A stretch of DNA of 63,033 bases, filler included, from Octopus bimaculoides (Eukaryota), in assembly GCF_001194135.2 (NCBI RefSeq). It is 6 parts of 6 records of this genome, joined end to end, with 100 filler letters (N's around TTAATTAATTAA, not from the genome) between each part and the next. Parts side by side here need not be neighbours in the genome. Positions count along the whole stretch, not along the records: positions 24,704 to 40,492 come from NC_068981.1; positions 40,593 to 58,898 come from NC_068989.1; 4 more parts are not named here. One strand, given 5' to 3'. The notes under the pieces are model-generated. The model saw nothing but the letters and a program-made list of their open reading frames with translations. It searched no databases and was not told where the DNA came from. Position numbers and translations under genes: made by a program. Shown here one piece after another: positions 36,732 to 48,813 of the stretch; position 1 is the first letter of the stretch, and every line of letters begins with the position of its first letter.

Positions 36732-37714
36732 CATATACGGGAACACAGAGAGATGTTAAAACAAAAAGAGAGAAATAGAAAATCGTTAAACACATGTAAC
36801 CTACTGCCGTATCTCAATCAATTTCTCTAATCTATTTTGCTAACGAGCAAACAATCCAAGTGTCGATCTAACCTTGCCATTCACCATCGAGTTAAAACTC
36901 AGAACAAGCCAAAAAATAAAAGAAAAAAGAAGAAAAAAGCAAAACGTTCCCCGTTGTTCGGTATTTTATAACGGAGCAGATACTGTTGAAGATTGAAGCA
37001 ATATGGCGGAGTTGGCGTCCAAGAGAGATAAATCAAACAGATAGCAAAGCAGTAAATTGCTACGTCAAAGAACAGATAGCGATGGGAAAGTGTGTTCCCT
37101 GTTCATGACTTTCTGCATTTCAACATATCTTATACTTGTAGATCTTCGCATTAATGTTGTTTGTTATCTGCTCATTTATTTCTCTGGCCGGGTGGGAGAT
37201 CAGTTTACTGTTAATATAATTACTTGGCAAAATGTGTTCTTAATTAACTATTTGGTTAACTAGTTAAAAAGTTAATGTGTTTACTCGAGTAAGCCCTATG
37301 TTGGGTTAATTGGTTTGTGGATTTAATTAATTATTTCCTTATTTATTTAATTTTATTTTATCATTTAATTTCTATGTCTTTACTTCGTCATGGTCGTTGT
37401 CGCCGTTGTTGTTCCTTTTATTGTAGATGTTTTTCTTATAGTTTAACTCTTAGGTCAACCCTGATAGAGAAACCTCTGATCAAAGATATTCCAGTAATAA
37501 TCATCCCAGCATTTTAGGAGAGACAAGGACTTGTGTTACTTAAGATGTCTTGTCTTTATAAAAGATGTAGGTTGTGATATGAGGTGGAGTTGGCTCTAAC
37601 TGAGGAACTAATTACACAACCAGACATTCTCAGAGCGGTCCATTCATAGTTCAGAAAGAAGATACGATCTACGAAGCCTGGAGATAATCAAATAGTACAG
37701 TTATTGCAGTAACT

Positions 37715-37968
37715 TATGGAGGCACGTGGCTTAGTAGATAGATTATTTGATTCAGTGATCCTAAGATTGTGGTTTCGATTCTGGGACCCTGCCATGTCAT
37801 GTGTTCTTGAGCAAGCCACTTCATTTCACGTTGCTCCAGTACATTCAGCTTGCAAAAACGAGTAATCCTGCGACGGACTGGTGTCTCGTCCAGGGGACGG
37901 GAGGGAATATATTCGCCACGGAAACCGGGAAACTGGCCCTGTGAGTCTGTATGACTCGGGCAGGATCT
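37715..37968 (+). mobile_element. tRNA-derived SINE family D (V/CORE-like central domain)
   Basis: Head ggaggcacgtggcttagtag..gtttcgattctggg; central gtgttcttgagcaagccacttcatttcacgttgctccag..cctgcgacggactggtgtctcgtccagggg. Confidence 0.7.
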
Positions 37969-38341
37969 CACTGTAATTTCTACAAGATCATCATCCGAAC
38001 CAAAATGGATGCTTCCCTGCATTATACAGTTAACGAGGTCTCTTAGCGCTTAAAGTGCAACAGATTTTTTGGTCACTTTGTAGACTCCCACTTATATCTA
38101 CTTCCCCATTACGATCTTTCTGTAAGCGTTACTTCCGCGGAGAAAGCCTCCCCTTTCGGCTTTTTTACCTAACATCCCTTTTGCCATAAATGATCGACTT
38201 GACTGTCAACACCTTTAACAAAACCTTATCTCACACGGATGATTTCAACCTTTATTTCTCTCTCACCTCTGTATTCTATCTCTGCCTTTTTAACAGCTAC
38301 CATGCTGACCTCTGCTCCTCGGAGAACTAAATCCCTCATAT

Positions 38342-38386
<45 letters not shown>

Positions 38387-38619
38387 NNNNNNNNNNTGGG
38401 CATATTTATATACGTCGGTAATGTATGCATATATTTATATATACATTTTTCTAAATCTTGTACGACTCTATTTCTGTCTATCAGCCCTTTCACCCTTATT
38501 CGTTCATTCCACTCTTTGTTCTTTCGCTCCCCTCTCTCACATTTCCTTGCCTTCACTTCTTGCTCATTTTCCCTCCACTTTTCATTTCACTGTGTACCTG
38601 TCATTTTTTCTCGCCCCTC

Positions 38620-39150
38620 CTTAATTCTTTTGTCCTCCTGCCTCTACCTCTCTCTCTTCACTTCCCATGTGACCGGGGTTCGGCCAAGCCTGATCTTTCT
38701 TTCTTGGTCAGCCGTTGTCCGTGCAACATCGATATTCCTCCCTGTGCCTGTGAAATCTTGTATCCCTGCCGTAAGGCTTTATTTCCACAACGCCAGCTTA
38801 ATTTAATTCGTCCTTAGTCGAAAGACACCTGTTGTTATGTCCTGTTATTATATTTATTGTATTCGTGTAACATTGTTCCTTTTTTTATTTTCGTCCTTGT
38901 TTTTGTATACATTCGCTGCTTTCTTCCAAGGAATCTAATGCTCTTAGCTTAGTTTTTCCTTGGGGCTGGCCAGATTGGAGCAATCTCGAGTATAACCAGC
39001 CGAAATTGCAAAGATAATCTGGATCTCGACTGATGAAAGAAAATCTCCGAATGACCTGTCCTTGTTTTCTTTGCATCGTCTATCTGGATGTTTTGTTGTC
39101 CCTTTCTTGTAACACCTACTGTCTGGATGTTTTGCGCTCTTGTCGCATTT
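38620..39150 (+). mobile_element. Possible Penelope-like terminal repeat remnant
   Basis: Pyrimidine-rich leader, then eroded hammerhead-like motifs (ccagat...cagccGAAATTGCAA..atctgg; CTGATGAaagaaaatctccGAAT). Confidence 0.35.
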
Positions 39151-40372
39151 TGTATTATATATATATGTATGCATGTATGTACAGATACGCATACACATAC
39201 ACTCATATATTTATATATATATATACANNNNNNNNNNNNNNNNNNNNNNNNNNNNNNNNNNNNNNNNNNNNNNNNNNNNNNNNNNNNNNNNNNNNNNNNN
39301 NNNNNNNNNNNNNNNNNNNNNNNNNNNNNNNNNNNNNNNNNNNNNNNNNNNNNNNNNNNNNNNNNNNNNNNNNNNNNNNNNNNNNNNNNNNNNNNNNNNN
39401 NNNNNNNNNNNNNNNNNNNNNNNNNNNNNNNNNNNNNNNNNNNNNNNNNNNNNNNNNNNNNNNNNNNNNNNNNNNNNNNNNNNNNNNNNNNNNNNNNNNN
39501 NNNNNNNNNNNNNNNNNNNNNNNNNNNNNNNNNNNNNNNNNNNNNNNNNNNNNNNNNNNNNNNNNNNNNNNNNNNNNNNNNNNNNNNNNNNNNNNNNNNN
39601 NNNNNNNNNNNNNNNNNNNNNNNNNNNNNNNNNNNNNNNNNNNNNNNNNNNNNNNNNNNNNNNNNNNNNNNNNNNNNNNNNNNNNNNNNNNNNNNNNNNN
39701 NNNNNNNNNNNNNNNNNNNNNNNNNNNNNNNNNNNNNNNNNNNNNNNNNNNNNNNNNNNNNNNNNNNNNNNNNNNNNNNNNNNNNNNNNNNNNNNNNNNN
39801 NNNNNNNNNNNNNNNNNNNNNNNNNNNNNNNNNNNNNNNNNNNNNNNNNNNNTGTTGCTGCTGCTGTTGCTGTTGCTGCTGCTGTTGCTACTACTGTAAA
39901 TGGTAACGTCAACGTTGATATTGTTGACTGTTTTGTTTATTGGTGTTATTTACCGATTTTTTTTTTGGGGGGGGGGTTACCTTTTACAAAAAATGAAGTT
40001 CTTTTTGCGTACCAGGGCAGTGAGGCTATTGTTATTTATACAATAGGTTCTTATATATCAAAGATAGGGCTGTAACATTTGATACAATCAAGGTGAAAAC
40101 GGAAGGTAAACTGTATATGTATGTATGTTTGTATGTATATATATATATATATGTATGCATGTATGTACAGATACGCATACACATACACTCATATATTTAT
40201 ATATATATATACACATAAATATATGTATATATAAATGTATATATATATAGATGTAATACATACATAAATACACACATATAATATATCATATTATATATGC
40301 ATGTATTATACATATATCAATATACATATATAGGAATGTGCATATATGTATGTATATATACATGTATATGTA

Positions 40373-40423
<51 letters not shown>

Positions 40424-40611
40424 GTATATGTATATATATGTGTGTGTGTGCATACATATATGGGTATATGTGTGTGTTTGTATATATATATANNNNNNNN
40501 NNNNNNNNNNNNNNNNNNNNNNNNNNNNNNNNNNNNTTAATTAATTAANNNNNNNNNNNNNNNNNNNNNNNNNNNNNNNNNNNNNNNNNNNNATATATAT
40601 ATATATACATA

Positions 40612-40657
<46 letters not shown>

Positions 40658-40726
40658 TATAACATGTGAAAGACAGAAGATGGAATATACGAGAATATAT
40701 TATTAATCACAACAATTGTTTCGACA

Positions 40727-41324
40727 CATCTAACATCAACTCCTCTTTTGGAGTGATCACTAGCGATGGAGACATTTTGCCTCCATTCATCTTCCCACAC
40801 GGCCTCAGACTCAACACAGAGGTCTACATCAAGTACCTGAAAGAGGCAGTGCTGCCCTGAGTCAAGAGGGTGACTGCCGGAAGATCCTATGGTAGGCAAC
40901 AGGATTCTGCGCCATGCCACACATGTAGGAGAACCCAGTCATGGCTGTCAGACAATTTCTGCGACATCACCTCTAACATCTGGCCACCTAACTCCCCAGA
41001 ATGCAACCCTCTTGGTTATTATGTGTGGGGCGCAGTTGAGCGAGAGACCAACAAAACTCCTTGTAACACCAAAGATGAACTGAACGCAAGGATCATGGCA
41101 ACATTTGCAAACTTAAACAAAGAGGCCATCCAGAAGAGTTGCAGGAGATTCTGCAGTCGTCTGGAGGCCACGGTTGAAGCCAATGGCGATTTTATTGAGC
41201 AAATTTACTCTTTGGTATTTCAAGATAATTTTATGTAATTTTGGTAAATATATCTGTTAAAATGAGATGTCAGTGATATTTTCATTTTTGCGTAATTTAG
41301 ACAATTTATTCACCGCATCCTCTG
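40727..41324 (+). mobile_element. Tc1/mariner DD37D (maT)-type transposon, 3' half, inactivated
   Basis: FGVITSDGDILPPFIFPHGLRLNTEVYIKYL..QQDSAPCHTCRRTQSWLSDNFCDITSNIWPPNSPECNPLGYYVWGAVER..LEATVEANGDFIE. Spacing is 36 here, consistent with 37 minus one codon. The last Asp reads Gly. A right TIR-like gacaatttattcaccgcatcc follows. Confidence 0.8.
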
Positions 41325-41325
41325 T

Positions 41326-41420
<95 letters not shown>

Positions 41421-41985
41421 TATGTACACAAACATAGATACGTATATATACACACATACACACGCAAGCACACACACAAACATCACACACGCGAGCGCGC
41501 ATACATACACACACGTACAAACACACACGTACAAACACACACACACACATACATATGTATATAGCCGTCTATGATTATAGCCATCTATGTATCGCAGACA
41601 TCTCCTTCGGACGTGCTGTGTTTAAAAACACAATATATATCGGAGGGATATGAAAATTGCTCAAGCAACACCTAGCGAGGACTTTAGATCCATTTCTGCT
41701 CTGTTGGGCATTGTGAATTATGTATATTCACAGCCAAACACGTGCTTGGACGAGATATATAGGAAAACAATGAATAAATATCCACTGGTAGTCAGATGGC
41801 CGTGCTATCATTCGCAGTACTATTCACAATATAAAACAGTTGAGCAATGAACTGAATGATTTCAATGTCACATTCGTTTAAAGCATGCGAAGTAACCTGG
41901 AAAAGAAAGAAGAACACATGAAACAAAACTCCGTTGCTGGGAAACTCAAACTTTCCAGGTGACCCAACGGGTCACAGGTAGTCTA

Positions 41986-42029
<44 letters not shown>

Positions 42030-42688
42030 NNNNNNNNNNNNNNNNNNNNNNNNNNNNNNNNNNNNNNNNNNNNNNNNNNNNNNNNNNNNNNNNNNNNNNN
42101 NNNNNNNNNNNNNNNNNNNNNNNNNNNNNNNNNNNNNNNNNNNNNNNNNNNNNNNNNNNNNNNNNNNNNNNNNNNNNNNNNNNNNNNNNNNNNNNNNNNN
42201 NNNNNNNNNNNNNNNNNNNNNNNNNNNNNNNNNNNNNNNNNNNNNNNNNNNNNNNNNNNNNNNNNNNNNNNNNNNNNNNNNNNNNNNNNNNNNNNNNNNN
42301 NNNNNNNNNNNNNNNNNNNNNNNNNNNNNNNNNNNNNNNNNNNNNNNNNNNNNNNNNNNNNNNNNNNNNNNNNNNNNNNNNNNNNNNNNNNNNNNNNNNN
42401 NNNNNNNNNNNNNNNNNNNNNNNNNNNNNNNNNNNNNNNNNNNNNNNNNNNNNNNNNNNNNNNNNNNNNNNNNNNNNNNNNNNNNNNNNNNNNNNNNNNN
42501 NNNNNNNNNNNNNNNNNNNNNNNNNNNNNNNNNNNNNNNNNNNNNNNNNNNNNNNNNNNNNNNNNNNNNNNNNNNNNNNNNNNNNNNNNNNNNNNNNNNN
42601 NNNNNNNNNNNNNNNNNNNNNNNNNNNNNNNNNNNNNNNNNNNNNNNNNNNNNNNNNNNNNNNNNNNNNNNNNNNNNNNNNNNNNNNN

Positions 42689-42732
<44 letters not shown>

Positions 42733-43284
42733 CATATTCCGAAAGAATATCATTTATAGCTATTTATGTTTTATAAGATAGCGTCTTGCTTTATGTGAAG
42801 GAAGTATAGACGATATCTGGCAACCAACGTAAAAAAAATGTATGACGTAATATATGATAATGACGTCATGGTATGTGTGATGTAATAGAAAAAGTAAGAT
42901 TTTATAGTCAGTTTGTTGCAGTTATGATGATAGCGATGATGTGTAGATTCAATTCAGGTATGACCATTTTGACCAATGTCTAAAAGATTTTCCAGCCGCA
43001 GCTCCAATGTCCAGTGTACCCTTCTTTATCTAAGACCATAATGTGTGGTTTGAGAGAAATATAGCTACGGCTTCTAGTAGGTGGAGCGACCACGTAGACG
43101 CCTCTTCACACATCTTGGTTAATTCAGTATGAACACATATTCAAATGCAGACATGTACACATACACAAACAAACACACACACACTCACACACACACGTAC
43201 ACGCACACATGTATATACATATATATCATATACACATAGTTATATATACATACATAAGATATATGTATATATAAATATATATAA

Positions 43285-43800
43285 TATGTGGGAGAATGTA
43301 CGAAAAAACAACAACAGACGAGGACAGGTGGTGTAAATAACAAAAGGATGTATTAGTATGACGCTCGGGAATACGGAAAGTCTTTAACGTTTCGAGCTAC
43401 GCTCTTCAACAGAAAGAATACGGAGACAAGGAGAAAAACACGGAGAAAAAAAATTGAATAGTGTTCAGTCAACGGTCAATCATAATAATGGCTGATCATA
43501 ACAATGGCTGACCGGAAGTTAGAAATTCTTTTTTCAGGAGAGCTAAGAAAAGGGGGAGATAACAAACGGTGATCGAAGAACGAGGGGCTGTGTGTGGGAG
43601 ATAGAATGCTGGTGATCTTGACGTATGTAGTGTGAAAATGGGGAAGGGAGAAAGTAGTTGGTCAGTTGTAGTGTGTGCGTGGTGTGATGCGAGGGTATTG
43701 GTGTGGTGTGATGTGAGGGTGTTGGGAGGTGGGGAGATACATGTCATACTGTACTTTAATAGTATGAGGACTGAGTTTTCCATTGACAAGTGGCATGAGA
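43285..43800 (-). mobile_element. Penelope-like 3' end/pLTR fragment containing a hammerhead
   Basis: Contains the hammerhead at 43381-43417. The purine/GT-rich body is typical of the antisense strand of PLE 3' UTRs (inference). Confidence 0.6.
43381..43417 (-). ncRNA. Minimal type I hammerhead ribozyme, CUGUUGA core variant
   Basis: Minus strand reads tcttt CTGTTGA a gagc gta gctc GAAAC GT T aaaga: 5-bp stem I, 4-bp stem II, palindromic ACGT stem III, GUU cleavage triplet. Confidence 0.8.
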
Positions 43801-44729
43801 TAGTATGAGAAATTATAATTGTTCGGTTAAGGCTTTTATTTGGGCGGCTGAAGTTTTGGCGTCAATATTGGCTATACAGTTTACAATAGATAGAAGGTTC
43901 GATCCCCGTAATCATTGCAATAAATTTTTCATTTTAAACAGTTTTTTTTTATATTGGGATTCCATACATATACACATGTGTCTGCAAGTCTAATGAATAT
44001 ATGGCCCGCATACGCTCTATTTTCCCATTGTTTCAACTACTGGTTCTAGATATAAAACTAGCAAGATTTATACCACTCCCAGCTAATCCCACTGGAGACA
44101 TCTGTCACTCCTTTTCTCGTTCTCCATACTACAGATCTCTTTCGCCGGCCTTCCTGTAACTACTATGACCACTTCTTCCTCAGTACGTCAGTGCTCTGGA
44201 ATCATCTTCATGTTTAAAGTTTCATTTGGTTGTCTCATGTCCGTGAGAGACTTCAAAGGTAATAGGACCTACAGATCCTCCAACTTGATTTAAACTATTA
44301 GGATCAACTTCATGTTCCCAAGGAGCCAGCTTAACTGATGAAATCTCATGTGCTTTCGAAATATTGATCACATATGAGTCGATATTCAACGTCTTTGTGA
44401 AATACGACTAGAATATCAACACGCAGAATCTTGTGATTTCGAAACTCGCTGGAACATACAGACTACAATATCGCTTTCCCAGTTGTTCAAAAGATATTAC
44501 TTCATCAACCAATCACAAATGACATTTTACTCTATATTGTAACGCCATAATGAACTTGAGAATTATTGCAGACACAGAATGTGTGCTCCAAACTTTTAAA
44601 CAACAATTCAAGTGTGCCGCAGAGATTAGTTTATCGGCTTAGGATACATTATATCTTACATGTCTGAGGCTTTACGACACTTCCAAAAGTACCAGATTCT
44701 CTGGTAATTTTACTTATGATTTACCAACA

Positions 44730-45680
44730 TTTTACATTGTGTCAGATCAGCATCCATGTTGCAATACGCCTTCCAAAAACGCCCCTGGTTATCGAAGTAA
44801 AAGCCTTTATTTATTGTCCGATCACGTGGAACAAACTCATGATGAACGACGCCATTCCAGTTCAGAAAGACGATCAGTCACATTGAGTGACTCTACCATG
44901 CCAGTTTTGGGACAAGGGAATGCGCTTATCTAACAACCCACAGTGATATCTGCCCCTTTGTTTCAACATCAGGGCCATATACACATATCCTACCACTTTT
45001 CAAAACATTTTCATCAGTATTCAAATGAACAGATGGCCCCTGTCTGACAAGTGACTCGGTTCTCTTTTTATTCATCTTTTTATTCAGCAGCAAACGCGAC
45101 AGAAATTTTGCAGCAACTTAATAATGCATCTTCATTTTCCTTTAAAATTATGTGACATAAACTTTTGAAGATGCTTACTTCTTCGAAATCTTCCTAGCAA
45201 CGACTTTCAAGCTACGGCTTTCACGGATCTCAATCACAGATCACAGTGCACATTTTCCAAATGGGATCATCTTCTGTTGTCGTCGAAGATAGTTCAGATT
45301 TGGAATCGCCTTTGGTGGATATTCTTCCAGATGTGAATCATTGTGATATTACTTGTGACATTGCATACAGCACAAACAATCTATCTAACACGCTTATTGC
45401 AACATTAGAATAATCTCCACTAAGGCATTTTTGTCAATTTGAAACAAAATTTTACACATACATGTTGCCTTCCTGCACCCATCACAGTTGAACTTGCGAC
45501 AATTTGACAAATACACAACGTTCAAGCAAGCATGACCGGATGATGTAGCGGGATGCAGTCATTATTAGACAGGATATCAGCACCAGCTTACACAGCACGC
45601 ACTGCATTCGTGTTTATACTGCACCAGTTTGTTAGTGCACTGTTTTCAAAATCTCGGTTTTTTTTTTTTACATATGCCTG
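44730..45680 (-). mobile_element. Mariner (DD34D-like) transposon, decayed, 3'-truncated
   Basis: Minus-strand remnants VAAKFLSRLL, CVYGPDVETKGQ and LIVFLNWNGVVHHEFVPRDRTINKGFY. A CVKFCFKL N-terminal motif lies near 45450. Confidence 0.75.
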
Positions 45681-45741
45681 TGCAAAGTATGTCGTGTGTG
45701 TTTGTGAACGAGGGTCTATGTAAAAATGTATGTGTTTGGTT

Positions 45742-45774
<33 letters not shown>

Positions 45775-46150
45775 NNNNNNNNNNNNNNNNNNNNNNNNNN
45801 NNNNNNNNNNNNNNNNNNNNNNNNNNNNNNNNNNNNNNNNNNNNNNNNNNNNNNATATATATATATATAAGTCTATGTATGTGTGTATGTAAGCATGTTT
45901 TACGTAATCAGAATCAGATCTCATTTGACAAGAACCATAAACATTGAAATGTCAACATCATTCTAAAGTTCACGTCCCGCTCAACTCACCAACTCCCGAG
46001 TAATATTTCAATATTATATGTATGCAGTATGGCCACACACACACAGACACATAGATATATATATACATGTGCACACATACACACCCACACACACACATAT
46101 ATATATATATATCATATATCCACACATGCATAGCCATATATGTATTATGC

Positions 46151-46192
<42 letters not shown>

Positions 46193-46223
46193 ACGTACGT
46201 ATGTATTTGTACATATATGTACG

Positions 46224-46268
<45 letters not shown>

Positions 46269-46380
46269 GTACATATATGTATACACACATGCACACACAC
46301 ACAAATACACATATCTACAGTTTTAAATACATTCATGCATATATTTACATAAACGTGTTGCGCGCGCGCGTGTGTGTTTC

Positions 46381-46417
<37 letters not shown>

Positions 46418-47795
46418 GTTAAGTATTGCAACCTAATTCTTTTCGGATCTTTCATATCTGATAACAGTTGTCCGACTTTAATTTTTCTCTGAGAATATAT
46501 TAAGCTTGAGGTGATTTATCAAATTTCTTTGACTGTTAAGATATTTATAAATAAATATATATGCATCTAGACACAAGCATACATACATACACATTCGTTA
46601 ATATGTGTGTGCGTGTGTGTGTGTGTTATATGTGTATATGTGCTTGCGCGCGCTCGTGTGTATGTATGTATGTATGTATGTATGTATAGCTTATCATGTA
46701 ACAGGGCTATTTCAGCGTATGTATCACTGATATTTTCTGACATATTAAAGTAATTTAAATTATTCTCGTACAGAAATGAATGTAACCATATGCTCGTAAA
46801 TCTATCTACGTATAAATCCCAAACTTCATTTATAGGAATTTAGATAATAACGTCCGTAAAAATTATTCGATGAATCTTAAAAAAACTTTGCCAGTTTGCA
46901 TTGTTTCTTTCTTGTATGTCTTTGTCCGCAAACCGAAATGCAATTTTTACCAAACTTCTATTTCAGCGAGCAGTAAAAGTTGGGGGGAATAAACAAACGA
47001 TAAAATTGTTCTTTATTAATTATTTACTAATTTATTTAATTAACTGGTTGATTAATTGTCCTGAAACGACTCGAAAATAGGCCAAATTCTTGAATCATTT
47101 GTAATTTCAAGACTGGTTTACATGAACTTTCATCTATGGAATCTTTTTGTGGTCATTCAACCTGTTAGCTGACAGCAGTCAACTCTCTTTCTCTCTCAAA
47201 TTACATGCTACTGGTTTCAAAATGATGAGACACATTGGATAATGTTGTCCTAGGCGGACGAGGTGGTTATGATTGGACTGTCTGCAATCATAACTCTGCT
47301 TAGTCCTTGATTACTTGGGGACAAACAGCAGGAACAACTTGCTTTGAGATATGAAACAAGCACACGAGGTTTCAGTAAGGAATTCGTCTCAACCAGACTC
47401 CATTTACAAAATTAGTGGTGTCATTGTTTGCTTTTGTTTGCAGTTGTTGTTTGTTGTTGAGGTGTTGTTGTTGTTGTTGTTGCCCCAGGTCAGTCTTGAT
47501 TTAACAGACTTTTGTCACGTGGGTAATTACGCTAAACCACGAGGCATGTAATTCGGTACAGATTAGTATGGTCTGATACAGTATTATAATGGTGTTGCTA
47601 CTATTGTTGTTGCCGCTCAAGTCGTTGTTGTTTTTGCTGCTGCTGATGTTGATGCTGCTGTTATTGTTGTTATTGCTGCTGTTGCAACTACTGCTTCTAC
47701 GCGGGGAGAGTGGCTCGTATTTGTAGCATATCAAGTAACCAAGTAGAGGCTACTGCAATGTGAGGAGCTTTCATTCAGTAAATAACAAACCAACC

Positions 47796-47827
<32 letters not shown>

Positions 47828-47859
47828 TGCAGTTTTCGAACACATAAACGATCAGCTTT

Positions 47860-48535
47860 AAAACCTTTAATATCTACAACTTCTGTGAATACCTATTCTT
47901 TCCTTTCTCCCTGAGTATTCTAAAATGTAAACATCCTCTTTATTCCAAAAACACTACAGTTTTCTCTGTTCAGACACACAAAAGATCATCTCCGGTAAAT
48001 TTTAAAACCTTAATATCTACAATTTTCTGTTAAAATTTTACCTTCCTTTTCTTTCCTTTCCTTTCTCTTTGAGTATTCGAAAATGTGTACACCCTTTTTA
48101 TTGCAAAAACACTACAGTCTTCTCTGAATGGACATACAAACGAACGTCTCAAAAAAATTTAGAAACTTTAATATCTCCAATTTTGTGTAAACATTTTATC
48201 TTTCCTTTTTTCCTGACTACCCGAATATGTAAACATACCTTTTATTGTAACAACACAATTAAATGCACGATAAAAAAAACGTTAAGGAGGTAAGCACCTG
48301 CTAATATATACATACCGCACAACTACAAAAACTGTAAATCATAGCAAAACTTTTAAAAAGAAAAGAAAAATTCCAAACGGAAAAGAAAAAGAAATTCCAA
48401 AATTCACAAGAGTATCTCTTCCTCCTACTATTCCCAAAGACTGGAATATCTACAATTTCCAGTGAATATTTTAAATCTCCCTCAAAATAAGTTAGGAAAC
48501 TTACACACCTACAGCTTTCGAAGACAAACGATTAG
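47860..48535. repeat. Diverged tandem repeat, ~145-160-bp unit, three copies plus a partial fourth
   Basis: Units start aaaacctttaatatctacaa at 47860, 48004 and 48161. They share gagtattc.aaaatgt..aca.cc.tttatt.caaaaacactacag. Confidence 0.8.
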
Positions 48536-48813
48536 NNNNNNNNNNNNNNNNNNNNNNNNNNNNNNNNNNNNNNNNNNNNNNNNNNNNNNNNNNNNNNNNN
48601 NNNNNNNNNNNNNNNNNNNNNNNNNNNNNNNNNNNNNNNNNNNNNNNNNNNNNNNNNNNNNNNNNNNNNNNNNNNNNNNNNNNNNNNNNNNNNNNNNNNN
48701 NNNNNNNNNNNNNNNNNNNNNNNNNNNNNNNNNNNNNNNNNNNNNNNNNNNNNNNNNNNNNNNNNNNNNNNNNNNNNNNNNNNNNNNNNNNNNNNNNNNN
48801 NNNNNNNNNNNNN

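Noticed and set aside
38975-39062. CTGATGA and GAAA motifs as an intact hammerhead
   Set aside because: Stems and core could not be completed without several edits. Kept only as a low-confidence pLTR remnant.
39150-40212. Identical ~70-bp block on both sides of the 39228-39852 gap
   Set aside because: Gap-flanking exact duplicate in microsatellite context, so probably an assembly overlap. Long reads are needed.
41650-41900. Strong minus-strand acceptor at 41897 and a 66-aa plus ORF
   Set aside because: The frame after the acceptor stops within 35 codons, no good donor follows, and there is no homology.
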